From: Atractiella rhizophila
Lineage: Eukaryota
Assembly: GCA_021432655.1 (NCBI GenBank)
Contig: MU271648.1
Span: forward strand, 1 to 35,719
DNA length: 35,719 nt
Direction: 5' to 3'
This document shows, one piece after another, positions 22,152-34,055 of the stretch. Made by a program: the position numbers and the translations under genes. The notes beneath the pieces were generated by a model. It had not been told where the DNA came from. It did not search any database and saw only the letters and a program-made list of their open reading frames with translations. The stretch's first letter is position 1, and each line of letters opens with the position of its first letter.

Positions 22152-22679
22152 GGCCAACGCACTGGTCTCCTGCGAAATGCGCACATGTGCCTTCGATAGT
22201 GCATTTGGCTGCTGCCTGCATCATCTCACGTTGTCAGAGAGCGACAGCCACATCTGATGCACCTACTCCTCACTTTCGGACGCAACAATAACGCGTGGTT
22301 CTGGAATTGAAGCAGATGTCGGGGCAAAGAAGCGAGATGGGCACTGGACTTAGTCCCTCTGCGAAGATTGGTAAAACTTTGGAACAGCTCAGTGGCGATA
22401 AAAACATTGGGGAGGATTGCTCAAGAGTGATCAAACGGCGTCAAGTTGTATATACTTGAAGGCAGGACAGAAAGCTGTTCCATCGCATGTGCGCCGACGA
22501 TTTAGGCAACATTGGCTGGGAGGAATGGATGAGGAAGGAGGAGTTGTTGGTCAAATGAGTCATGGAGTTTGCGCTACATCTCTCAGTTAACGCATGTGCA
22601 TCAGAAACTGTCCCGACTTTTGTACGGATTGACGATTCTTGAATAGCTCACCACGTTCCGGTTGTTGTTTGTCGCAAGC

Positions 22680-23850
22680 AGCCTCTCCTGCCTCCCCACT
22701 TTGCTACGCAAGAACGATGGAAATTAACAAGACGAAGAATGCTATTTTCGAACTCACGCATGTTGCAATTATGGGCGTTGCAGGAAACGGGAGGACTGTG
22801 GCACAAACGAATATATTGAGTCAACGTTCACGGTCTCGGTCTCGAGGAACGTCGCCTTTGGGCTCGCTGCGACTCTTTTCATACTCTCTCTGACTTGTCG
22901 AAATACCTGTGCCACACAATACTTTTTCCATGGTGCCAGAATTTGGAACTAGCGACCTCAGAACAGTTGCCCAATACTCTCAAACCAGAAGTGCCTTCTT
23001 ATCTCTGACAATTTCGAGACGCCAGCAGGGTACGATCTAACCGAATTCGAGGCATTACTTCAGCGTTTGTGCTCAAAAATGCTATGGACTCCGTCTTGGT
23101 TATTGCTCATCGTGGAGATAAATCTCATCTCGTTGGAGGAAATAAGTTGGAATTTATTTCGATCCCTATTTGCCCTCTAGAGAAAACAGATAACAGATAC
23201 TCTGCATCTCTTCGACGCCATCTCGGCCCACAACACGCTTCAGATGATGCCGAAACAATAATTCACGAGCTTTGTCCAAGGTCGACTCTCAGTATCGGAG
23301 ATTCCTGAGGCTCTGACGGCGTTGCAGGGAAGCGAAGGAACAACCGTTAACATTGGGATACGCGCCGGAGTTGCCAAACTGCGTCAGATACATTGGACAA
23401 ATCGACCTAGCTCTGAAGGCGTTTCGCCAGGCTAAAAACATGTTCGTCAAGGTGGGGTCGTGGGCTGGAGTTACCGACTGCTGTGGGCCATAAGTTTCGC
23501 CTCCTTTGACATCGGGAAGCATGATGAGGCTCTGGAATCATTACTGGAGGCAAAGGAGATTTACGTCGAGCTCCGCGACCATTTGGGTATCGCAAACTGC
23601 GTTCAAGGCATAGGAACTATGGGTGCTCTACATGGGAGGATCAGTGAGGCTTTCAATGAAGCGAAAGGCGCTTTACTTAGAGGTGGGATCTTTCGAGGGG
23701 ATGCCACTGTGTCGAGGGCATTGGTGAGATCCACATCGTAAGGGGAGGTACGATGAGGCTCTCCAAGTATTCACGAAGGTAAAAGACACCTTCATCTAGT
23801 TGGGATCTCGCCATCAAGAGGCATTTCGCAGACAAAACTTAGCCAGGGTA
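22680..23850 (+). pseudogene. NB-ARC/STAND-TPR (fungal NLR-like) pseudogene, copy A
   Basis: Degenerate P-loop HVAIMGVAGNGRT (~22760-22797), Walker-B-like LLISDNFETP (~22995-23024) and TPR-like GKHDEALESLLEAKEIYVELRDHLGIANCVQGIG and GRYDEALQVF. Broken by frameshifts and stops. Confidence 0.75.
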
Positions 23851-24369
23851 TAACCTTTCACACTCCGACTTTCTAAATGCGATGGAAGGGATAATCTAAG
23901 CACGCGCGCTTTTCCAAGCGAGAAGCGAAACCTGTGTGCGAGACTGTGATGCTTTGTGACAGAGGTCAAAAATCCTTTACTGTAAGGTCACAATGCAAAG
24001 TGCGATTCATCTACATAGTTTCATGTGCCCGCCGCTAGATGAATTGGTAAAACTTTGGAACAGCTCAGTGGCGATGAAGACATTGTGGAGGATTGCTCAA
24101 GAGTGATCAAGCGGCGTCAAGTTGTATATACTTTTGAAGGCAGGACAGAAAGCTGTTTCCATCGCATGTGCGCCGACGATTTAGGCAACATTGGCTGGGA
24201 GGAATGGATGAGGAAGGAGGAGTTGTTGGTCAAACAAAAGTATGGGTCCTGACGTTTGCGCTACAGCAACGTCTCTCAGTTATCGTATGTGCATCAGAAA
24301 CTGTCCCGACTTTTGTACGGATTGACGATTCTTGAATAGCTCACCACGTTCTGGTTGTTGTTTGTCGCA

Positions 24370-25525
24370 AGCAGCCTCTCCCGCCTCCCCACTCTGCTAC
24401 GGAAGAACGAGGAAATTAACAAGACGAAGAATGCTATTTTCGAAGGCACGCATGTTGCAATTATGGGCGTTGCAGGAAACGGGAGGACTGTGGCACAAAC
24501 GAAGAAATTGAGTCAACCTTCACGGTCTCGAGGAACGTCGCTTTTGCGCTCTCTGCGACTCTCTCTGACTTATCAAATTACCTGTGCTACACAATACTTT
24601 TTCCCTGGTGCCAGAACTTGGAACTAGCGAGCTCAGAACAGTTGCCCAATACTCCCAAACCAGAAGTCCCTTCCAATCTCTGACAATTTCGAGACGCCAG
24701 CATGGTCCGATCTAACCGAATTCGAGGCATTACTTCAGAGTTTGTGTTCAAAAATGCTGTGGACTCTGTCTTGGTTGTTGCTCATCGTGGGGATCAATCT
24801 CATCTCGTTGGAGGAAATACGTTGGAATTTATTTCGATCCCTATTTGCCCTCTAGAGAAAACAGATATTCTGCATCTCTTCGACGCCATCTCAGCCCACA
24901 ACATGCTTCAGATGATGCCGAAACAATAATTCACGAGCTTTGTCGAAGGTCGACTCTCAGTATGGGAGATTTCCTGAGGCTCTGACGGCGTCGCAAGGAA
25001 GCGAAGGAACAACCCTTAACATTGGGATGCGCGCCGGAGTTGCCAAACTGCGGCAGATACATCGGACAAATCGACCTAGCTCTGAAGGCGTTTCGCCAGG
25101 CTAAAAACATCTTCGTCTGGGGTCGTGGGCTAGAGTTACCGACTGCTGTGGGCCATAAGTTTCGCCTCCTTTGACATCGGGAAGCATGATGAGGCTCTGG
25201 AATCATTACTGGAGGCAAAGGAGATTTACGTCGGGCTCCGCGACCATTTGGGTATCGCAAACTGCGTTCAAGGCATAGGAACTATGGGAGCTCTACATTG
25301 GAAGATCAGTGAGGCTTTGCAGGCTTTCAATGAGGCGAAAGGCGCTTACTTAGGTGGGATCTTTCGAGGGGATGCCACTGTGTCGAGGGCATTGGTGAGA
25401 TCCACATCGGTAAGGGGAGGTACGATGAGGCTCTCCAAGTATTCACGAAGGTAAAAGACACCTTCATCTAGTTGGGATCTTGCCATCAAGAGGCATTTCG
25501 CAGACAAAACTTAGCCACGGTATAA
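24370..25525 (+). pseudogene. NB-ARC/STAND-TPR (fungal NLR-like) pseudogene, copy B
   Basis: Same motifs as copy A (GVAGNGRT ~24466-24489, ISDNFETP ~24675-24698, TPR segments ~25000-25520), with frameshifts and stops. Confidence 0.75.
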
Positions 25526-26256
25526 CCTTTCACATCCCGACTTTCTAAAATGGAAGGGATAATCTAAGCACGCGCCATTTTCCAAGCGAGAAGCGAAACC
25601 TGTGTGCGAGACTCTGATGCTTTGTGACAGAGGTCAAAAATCCTTTACTGTAAGGTCACAATGCAAAGTGCGATTCATCTACATAGTTTCATGTGCCCGC
25701 CGCTAGATGACCGCGATGTCAGGGCCAACAGGAGCAGGATTTCTTCTCGCACTGCTTCGAAGGGACTCAGAAGATGGTTACAATCAAGAACTAACGAACC
25801 GACATTGAAGAATGCTCCTGTTTAGCGCACAATTGGACCTTATTAATATCTTCTTCGAGAGCTTTGACGGCTGAGGTTTCTAACATAGTTGATTGATACA
25901 GCGACGTAAACAAGCTGTTTTCAGAAAACAGTCACCTATGGCTCCCAAGACGGAACCTTCCACCATCGGTTCATCTCCCAAATCCTCAGGGTCAACAAAA
26001 GGAATGTTCATGCCTGAATAAAGGGGGGATTTTTTGACGTGATCTAGAAGGATTGTGGTGGGTATGATATGATATTAACTCAAAAATCGTACATCAATCC
26101 TTAATGCTCTTGAGTACATACGTACAAGAAAATGCATCGTAACTCGACTCGTCAGAGTCCTTGATTCCATCGCGAAATAGGGCAAAGTATGAGATGAAAC
26201 ACGAACGATCCAACAATTTTGATAAATATCGTGCTTAGGTGTACCCAAAGAGGTGA

Positions 26257-29200
26257 TTAAAAGAGGAACCGCCAGATGACCATATACCACGGTCGTTTCT
26301 TCTTCTCTTTCTCTTCGTCCTCCACCTGGAACTCAGCGGCCCCTGTATTAACTGTCCATACCGAAAGTTAGGGAGGGTCCGATGAGCCAACGAAATCAGG
26401 AGAGCTTACAGTCCATCTTCCGGTAAGGTATTACTCTTGTGTTGTAAGTAACCTTGTAGCCTATATAAAGAAAGACGAAGACTGGGATCGGAAGGTATGA
26501 TGTAACAAAGGTTGCTTGAGGAAAGGCAACAGACAGTTAGAGCCATTGACGGAGAGGTGCAGGCGACGTACGGGCATCAAATTGGCCTTTGACGAATACG
26601 ACCCATCCATTGAAGAAAGCGATGACGCTGCACCAGACTAGCGCGTACCAAGCAGCCTGAGGAGCCATTATTGACTTTGCGGATAAGGTAAAGGAAGGAG
26701 ACGCACGTAAGGTTGTAGTGGAGCGACGTAAGGGAAAGTGGTCTTCCTATTGATCTTCTGTTTCTTGCATCCGTAATACCACCTATCACAATTATCAGTA
26801 GGTGACGTAATCCAATAACAGAGGAGCTATCTCACCGCAGATAGGTGATGCAAATGCCGATCCAAGTCACGAGCCAACTAACACTGGCAATGTTGCCCAG
26901 GTACCCAAAAGTCTACGTCACACATTCGTCAACTTACCCTTAAGCTCAGAGGAAGAAAGACGCACATCTCCAGCCGCATCCGACCCGCTCCCAATGTACC
27001 CCAACGCTCCAAACGCAACGGCCACAATCAACGCTTTCCAGGGCAGACCGTACTTTGTCGTGTCGGAGAAGAAGCGTGGCGCGCTCCCGTTCAATCCCAT
27101 CCCAAAGAGCGCTCTGGAGGATACGAACATATAAGATGAGCCAGCGGACAGGGCGGAGGTGAGGATAGAGGCATTGATGACTCCTGGCAGCTATTCGTTC
27201 CTCATCAGGAACCCAGTGATACTGCATCAGAGGGAGTGGGGACGAACAGCTTTGATCCCTGCCCGGTCGATGGCAATGACCCAAGGAGAAGCAGCCGCGT
27301 TCCGATTCGCAGGGTCGCTGATGTTGTTCAATGCGGGATCGTTGGAAGCGACCAGGAGGCCGACGACGAACACTCCTCCTACGTAGAAGATGAGGACTCT
27401 CCAAAACACCGTCCTAATGGCTCTCGGTATGCTCTTTCGCGGGTCCTTCGTCTGTCCCCCGAACCCGAACACCGTCACATCAAGGTCAACCCATCTCCTT
27501 TAGGTAGGTAGGCAACAGGAAGGGATTTTGACCGACCTCAGCAGCAGCAATGGCGACGATCTCGGTACCAATGAATGCGAACGCGGCGTTGTTGAACACG
27601 CTATAAAACCCCAAGAAGCGACCAGTCGCTCCATCGATCCCCAGGAATTGAACGAGCGGTCCAGGGTCTCGCCAATATCGGAAGCCGATGGCATCCCCCT
27701 TAGGACCTCCACCTGCGTCGATGACGATGCCCACGATGACTATTCCGTGCGCGTCACTCAGTTGCGTTTTAAGATGGGAGAAGGGAGGACCCACTGAGAC
27801 CGACGATGGTCACGACCTTGATGGAAGCGAACCAGAACTCGACTTCTCCATATCCCTGCACACATTTCGTCACTCTCCGCACTCTCCTCAGGTGGCGAGA
27901 GGAAACTCACCCTTGCGCCGAAGAGGTTGATGCCAGTCAACAGGAAAAGTGTGAGTGTGATCCAAACCGCATTGGACACGCTGCTATTCCAGTACCGGAT
28001 AAGCTATTACCAACGGGCCACATCAGTCATCATTCATCATACAAGCGAAAGGTGTGAAAGAGACTCACGACGGCCGCTGCTGCCAGTTCGGTTGGGAGCA
28101 GAATAGCATATACTGCCCAATAGGCCTGGAAAGCGTCAGTCTTCTGATGCATGGGCAGATTAAAAGGTGAAAGCGCACCCAGCCCATAGCGAACGACAAC
28201 GCAGGATCCACAAATCTGCGACCTGTCCATTCATTCATACCATCAGTATCTCTTCTCCCCTATTACGGTGATCATGCGAAGGGGGACGCACTGAGGGAAA
28301 TGTGTCCGCCAGCAAGGGGCAGATGAGCAACCATTTCTCCGAGCTGTTCATCACACAATTTCACTTTTTGGAGCAGTAAAAGGAGGGAGACGCACGCTGA
28401 TGAGTACTGTCCAAGTGACGCTCCCAAAGATGGAATAGGCGAGGAGGACGCCGAGCGGTCCGCCGTTCTTCACTGTACAACACATCACATCTCAGTTCGT
28501 GTGGCTGGAGAGGAGAAGGAGGGACGAACGTGAGTTTGCGGTTCCTGTGGCGCTCGTCATGAGTTTGCTCTGCAGCCTACTGTAGTAGCAAGGAGGTGAG
28601 ACGTACCAACGAATAAGCCAGTTCCAATTACTCCACCTTCATTCAAGAGGAGTCAGTTTTCGTCGTGTATTGATAGGGAAAGCAGGGAAAGTAAGAGAAA
28701 GAAGAGACACACCAATACTCAACATAGTGACATGACGATTCTTCAATCCCCTCCTCAACCCTGTGCTTGTAGTCTTACTGACTTCCTCCGCATTCCACTC
28801 TTCCCTCCTGACTACTCCCTCGTCCTCGCTCTCCTCACTCTCATCCCCATCGATGGTCTCGCCCTCGGTGTTTCTCCGCGAAATCAACCCTTTCTCCTCC
28901 TCCTCCCTCCCATCCCTGAAAGCCCTAATGAACCCAGCCGCCTTTCCGAGGCCCAACTTCCTCGCCGCCCTCTTCACCGTCTTCCTGTGTCCACTGCCCT
29001 CGATCGCGCCACCCAACTCCCTCGAGCGCATAGCCGGCGTCGCAGCTCGGAGGGAAGGATCGTAAGACGAATACAGCGCCTCTCCCTCACCTCCCACACT
29101 CATCCCACTGCTCCTCCTCCCCACTCCCACCGCACTATCCGTCTCAGCGTAGCTCCGAACCGGTCCGTCGCTCGACGCTCGAAAGACCATGTTTGCGCCG

Positions 29201-29865
29201 GAATGGTCGGGCGAGAGCTCGGAGTACTCCCTCCTGAGCGGCGGCAGTTCGGGATAGCTCGCCTGGACGCGCAGATGGGGGACGTGCTGCTGTGGCGTGT
29301 TGGCGACATTCGACGGATTGTCGTATGTCGACCCGGGCGAGAAGGCGGGAGACGTGGCTGAATTCGGGTCGTAGTACTGGGCAGGGATGGGAGGCACGGG
29401 TGGGACGTCCCTTATGGAGGACTCGTACGAGGGAGTGGAGTAGTTGAACGCTCGTCCCCTCTCTGCGTCTCCGTTTCCCTGGGAGCTCGACGAGGCGGAG
29501 ATCGAAGCGGAGTACGGCGACGAGTCGGCGGAAGGGATGGGCGTGCGAAAAGCGTGCAGGACGGAGCGGGACTCATCCATGTCCTCTTCTATGTACGCCA
29601 AGCCAGGGGAGAAGGAGGAGTAGGCGGAGTGGGGGTTGGGCGAGAGGTGGGAGTGGGCGGAGGCGCTCGAGAGCGAGCCCGAGTGGGCGTGGGAGGGGAC
29701 ATAATGCGTGGGGTGTGGAGGGATCGAGGGAGAGAGCGAGTGCGCGGACGAGAGCGAGGGATGCGCGGAGGAGGGCAGGAAGGAGGGATGGTGCACTCCC
29801 GACGGGAAGGGGTTCGAGTACGACGAGAACTGGGAGCGACGTGACGAGTGGTCGTCGTTGTCCAT
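26257..29865 (-). CDS. Amino-acid permease, AAT/YAT family (APC superfamily), many exons, with long N-terminal extension
   Basis: LRRGLKNRHVTMLSIGGVIGTGLFVG, LGEMVAHLP, RFVDPALSFAMGW, YGEVEFWFASIKV, IGFRYWRDPG, GTEIVAIAAAETKDPRKSIP, SSRALFGMG, TKYGLP; ends YMVIWRFLF* at 26257. Introns are canonical GT-AG. Confidence 0.93.
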
Positions 29866-30449
29866 CTGCTATTACGTCAGAGCGATTCGAGGGAGAGTGG
29901 GAGTGTATGATACGCAGAGGGAGAGGAGGAGGAGAGGAGATGGAAGCGATGGAGAGGAAAAGAGTGAAGAGGGGCGGAAAGAGGAACTGCAAGCGGTGAA
30001 ACTCACAGCCTGCTCTCCGGTCGGCGATCGCCCGAACTCTATTTACCCCGCCCTTTCCAACTCCCCCGAACTCTCTAACTCTCTCGTAATCGTATTCGCC
30101 ACGTATTCGTTCATGGAACCCACAACATCCCCAAACCCTGTCTATTGCGCGCAAACCGAGGACTTGGGCGTATCAGCTCGGCTTCTAGGCGAACATTCGT
30201 CTCCCCATTCATCATACAGTGGGTCACGTTCCTCCTGTCGTGACGTGCAGAGTGATAGCTGTCTCCTGTCTCGAAGGCCGAACAGTATGAGTGTTATCAT
30301 GAAAGCCGTGTCACGCCAACGATTAACGATTAAAGTTGTCTCATCAACTTGCATTAATGACCGACCAATATTTCGTGCAATGTTACAGGAAGAACAAATC
30401 AATATAAACTTGTTCTAAGGAGGTTCATTGGTCCAGTAGACTCGGAATA

Positions 30450-32350
30450 GCATGACATTAAAGGAAAGAGGATGGATCTGGGGATGTGAACCCGTCCATA
30501 AAAGGGTTCATGCCGAGCGCGAGCACGCGCACCATCAGCTTGCAGTTGACATAAACATGGTCTGAAAAACACTTGCTCGAAAAGAACAAACCAGAACTGC
30601 TCCTTCGTTGGGTTCGAGAAGAAAGAGAGATCAAGAGGCGCCACTGCTTGATCTGGCCTGGCAAGCTTGGCATTAGAATTATGTTATTTATGACTTTAGG
30701 TCGTCAGGCATCTCCCTCGTCAAATTCAATCTCGTTGCTGTCGAGTTTCTCTTGTTGATGTATCATGAACATTCCTATACCACCTCGAGAGACAAGACTC
30801 TTCTTCGTGCATTTCAGTGAGGCAATCTTGAATAGAACCATGGGAGACTATTAGGGAAGACAGGCGAAGCAGAGCATTTTGACGTGATCAGTTGTACAAT
30901 TCCAATAACCTTTCTGTTCAAACCCAATCACGCTCAACATCCTGTGTGGTAAGCCAACTAGATTTTTTGTCAGGACTAGACCAGTCTTGGCCCCAACAGG
31001 CTGACGATGGGAAGACCTCCGTTGCCTGCAAAGCCAGTTTCTTTCTTCCAAGGAAGAAGAACACGCCTCCGGTTGGTGAAAAAGCTTAAGCCTCGACATT
31101 GACAACCAAGTGGTCGTCCGGCTTAGCGCTGACGACGAAAGAAAAACCAGCTGTCAATGGTTCGCCTACCATCGTATCAACTTCTGTTGTAGCTCTGTTC
31201 CTACAAGATGGCGAGTGATCTCACCTTTAAGTTCGAGCAACCAGCTTGCCTGGTTGGTATGAATTCCCTCCATTGGCATTGGCAGGGTTGCCCCATTGGG
31301 ACCAGTACGCCATTTTTTGCGATATTCTCCGAACTTGTTGTTGAAGTCCCGAGGATAAGCAATCGTCATATCCGCCCGGTACAAGTTCTTCGACTTGCTC
31401 CTATAGTGTTTGCATTGTTGGTCAAATGAAGCTTGGACAAGGACGATGGAAATCGCACACACCTTGGAGGAGGAAACATGGAATATATGAGTGTTGGACT
31501 TAGTCTGTCCTCAGAATGAAATGCAACCTTGAACAAGAGTTGGGTAATGTCGGGATACTGTGGGTCGGCGAAATCTAGCGAAAGAGAAAACCCTACGGCA
31601 AAGCAGCCCACTTCGCCGATGATGGCTAGATCTTGCTCATACACCTGATTGGAAGCTCAATCAACACCAACACCGGCAACGTTGGCAACAGTGGAGAAGT
31701 TGTTGCTGACTTTGTTTATTTCCAGTCTCACGCCAGAGCTGTAAAAACCGTCACTCAGGTCATTAAAGTCGTTATCGATGATCGCTCACCCTGTTGATTC
31801 TCGCATCTCTCGGGTTTGTTTGGCAATAAGTGGTGGTGTAGCGGGTGTACTGGATCTTTGGTCTTTGGAATTGGCTTTGTGGTTGCAGCTTTGAAGTGAG
31901 CTGGATGGCAGGCACTGTGATGAAGATTTTAGGGAAGGTTGGCCCTAATCCAACTCGAGTCCGTCTATTTATACAACTTTGGCGGGAATGTGAACGTACG
32001 TGAATCGAAAATACGCATTGAGAACATGCCATCAAGCCTCCGCCCACAACATCAGAATATGTTGCAATGAACCAGCCCCAAGCTGTAACATAGTCAAGCC
32101 TGCTCTTCTCAGTGTCTAGCGTCAAAGTCCAAAGGACTGTGCTCTGTCCTCCGTCGCACGATCCCGACGTCGAATGAAGGGAGTAGCTTTCTGACCCACA
32201 CCTAGAATGTCGAAGGGAAGTACTGCCGAAGGTCCTTTGGTTCCGGAATTGGCTTCAGTTCCTCCAATCTCGACACGGCGAGTGATGGGCAAAGCAAGTG
32301 GAGAAAAAGCACGAGAGCGTAGGAGATCGAGAAGCACTGGGGACCTTTCA
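30450..32350 (-). pseudogene. Possible degenerate multi-exon gene of unknown family
   Basis: Chain of protein-like minus-strand fragments (e.g. ORFs 31772-32125, 31366-31644, 31166-31462) with intron-like gaps. No intact frame could be assembled. Confidence 0.25.
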
Positions 32351-32999
32351 TGGGTCCCAGAGTTGGCTTCCCCTCCAATCCTGATATGAGAGGAGTGGGT
32401 AGAGCGGGAGGAGAGACGGCTCTAGAGCCTTGAAGCTCATCCTGCTCGCTTCCCACTCCAAAACCAAGGTCTAAACTCCCTTGGAGGTCGCATGAGAGCA
32501 GGTCGTAGCTGTTAGACAGCAGAAACGGTGGTAGGGAATTGGAGGGATCGAACAGGAAGCCCGCTGGAGCCCAGCTGGGGTCGACTGCTGATGTAAATCG
32601 GTGTGGGATTGATCGATGAATCTTCACTTCCGACGTTTTCCCTCCTCCTCCTGCTCATCCTCCTCTTTCTCATCGCGTACCCTTTCTTTACCGTCCTCTC
32701 CATTATTATCCACCGCTCCTTCTTGCTCGTTAGGCTTCTCCGTGGAGCGGGAGCCAGGGAAGGTTTCTGCGTCCATCGTATTCGGATATGATCTTTTCCT
32801 CTGTCTGTGCTCTCAAGTGGAGGCCATACAGAAGACCGGCCGCCTTGCCTCCTCCTCTGCTTTCTCGTGGAACTCCCTGAAAGTGACATCCCCGGCATCC
32901 AAAGGTCCCAAATCCACTCTCCTTCCTCATCACCTTCTTCCGTTTCATCCACGTCCTCCCTCTTCATCCATGCAGGTGATGGTGAAGGCGAGGCCCCGT

Positions 33000-33300
33000 G
33001 CTCTCCCTCCGCCCTTCCACTTTCACTTCTCAGCTTCTGATAAAGCCCTCCACGACTCCGCGAGTTTGCACAGCTTGAACTGATGCACACGTCTCGTGCA
33101 AGTTAACACCTCGTTCCTTCAGTTTTCAGGACGCCGGACAGACTAGAGCACTTTCTGTAGGTGAAGAAAGGGTTCGGAGCCTTCGCCTTCTTTTCGCCCG
33201 CCTTTGTAGATCCTCCAGCCGCAGTCTGTTTGGCCAGGTCGTATGAGTTGGAGGACAAAACTGGGGAGGAAAAAGAAGCTGTTGTAGTCTTGTAGACTTG
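33000..33300 (-). pseudogene. HMG-box protein pseudogene fragment
   Basis: KKAKAPNPFFTYRK (helix-1 PNxFxxYR motif, ~33150-33195), then in a shifted frame VHQFKLCKLAESWRALSEAEK*KW (WxxLSxxEK motif) with an in-frame TGA at 33023-33025. Further in-frame stops lie upstream. Confidence 0.55.
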
Positions 33301-34055
33301 TAGACCCTGCTATCGCTGGAACTGACGTGAAGCCGAGCAGTTTGGAGTCTCTCAGTGACAAGTTGTAGTCGACTGCAGGTGTGACGTATGGAGACTGAGT
33401 TAACGACACTTTGATGCCTCTTTATGTGAGGTTGTGGTACATTAGGTGGCATGTTTAAAACTGTGAGATAAAATGGTCTCGTCCCTTCAAGAAATTTGAT
33501 GGAAAGAAGGGGACACCCGAGTACTTCCATGTCGACGTCTCTGCCGCACATCCGTCTCCATTCGCGCCGTTGGTAGTCTGTAGAGCGCAAATCTGCTATG
33601 CTTGGGGCTTTATAACAGTATATTATTATAAAGGAATAAGTCCCTTCGAGTTGTGCAAGGGAACTTGAAACTGGTATTTGAAAGCTTTTTGGCTTGTGCG
33701 ATCAAACCATGAATGCATCACCTGAAAGCCGGAGCCCAGTTCTACTACTGCATGTCCTCTCTGCTGCAAACTACGGCGTGAGGAAAGTGAAGTACGGCGG
33801 CTCGATGGAAACCTAAAGGGAGAATAGTGACACACCCTTACTCACCCGCGTGCACGGTCTTCACTTCTCAACCAAGCCTACCAAAGTTCATGCTCTCGCT
33901 CTCTAGCCATTTTCATGCCTACGTCCTCACATCCAAGAAGCAACTCTGCCTCCCAGCACTTCAGAATTGCACCACACCTCGTTCGCTTAACCAAACTGTG
34001 GTCACTACAGTCAGGACTAGAAGATCACGCTGACCAGTGTTGAACGTCACCAACG

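Larger units (their letters stand above)
22367..25710 (+). repeat. Direct tandem duplication, 2 x ~1.67 kb (22367-24042 and 24043-25710)
   Basis: Both units start ATTGGTAAAACTTTGGAACAGCTCAGTGGCGAT and end TCATGTGCCCGCCGCTAGATGA. They are colinear throughout with substitutions and short indels. Confidence 0.95.

Noticed and set aside
21086..25710. LTR retrotransposon or DNA transposon interpretation of the direct repeats
   Set aside because: Units are head-to-tail with no internal gag/pol or transposase, no TG..CA termini, and no terminal inverted repeats or target-site duplication.
28732..30418. Long plus-strand ORFs (209 aa, 236 aa) and a 193-aa minus-strand alternative-frame ORF
   Set aside because: Antisense or off-frame shadows of the GC-rich, low-complexity permease exon 1 and its CT-rich 5' region. 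No recognisable domains.
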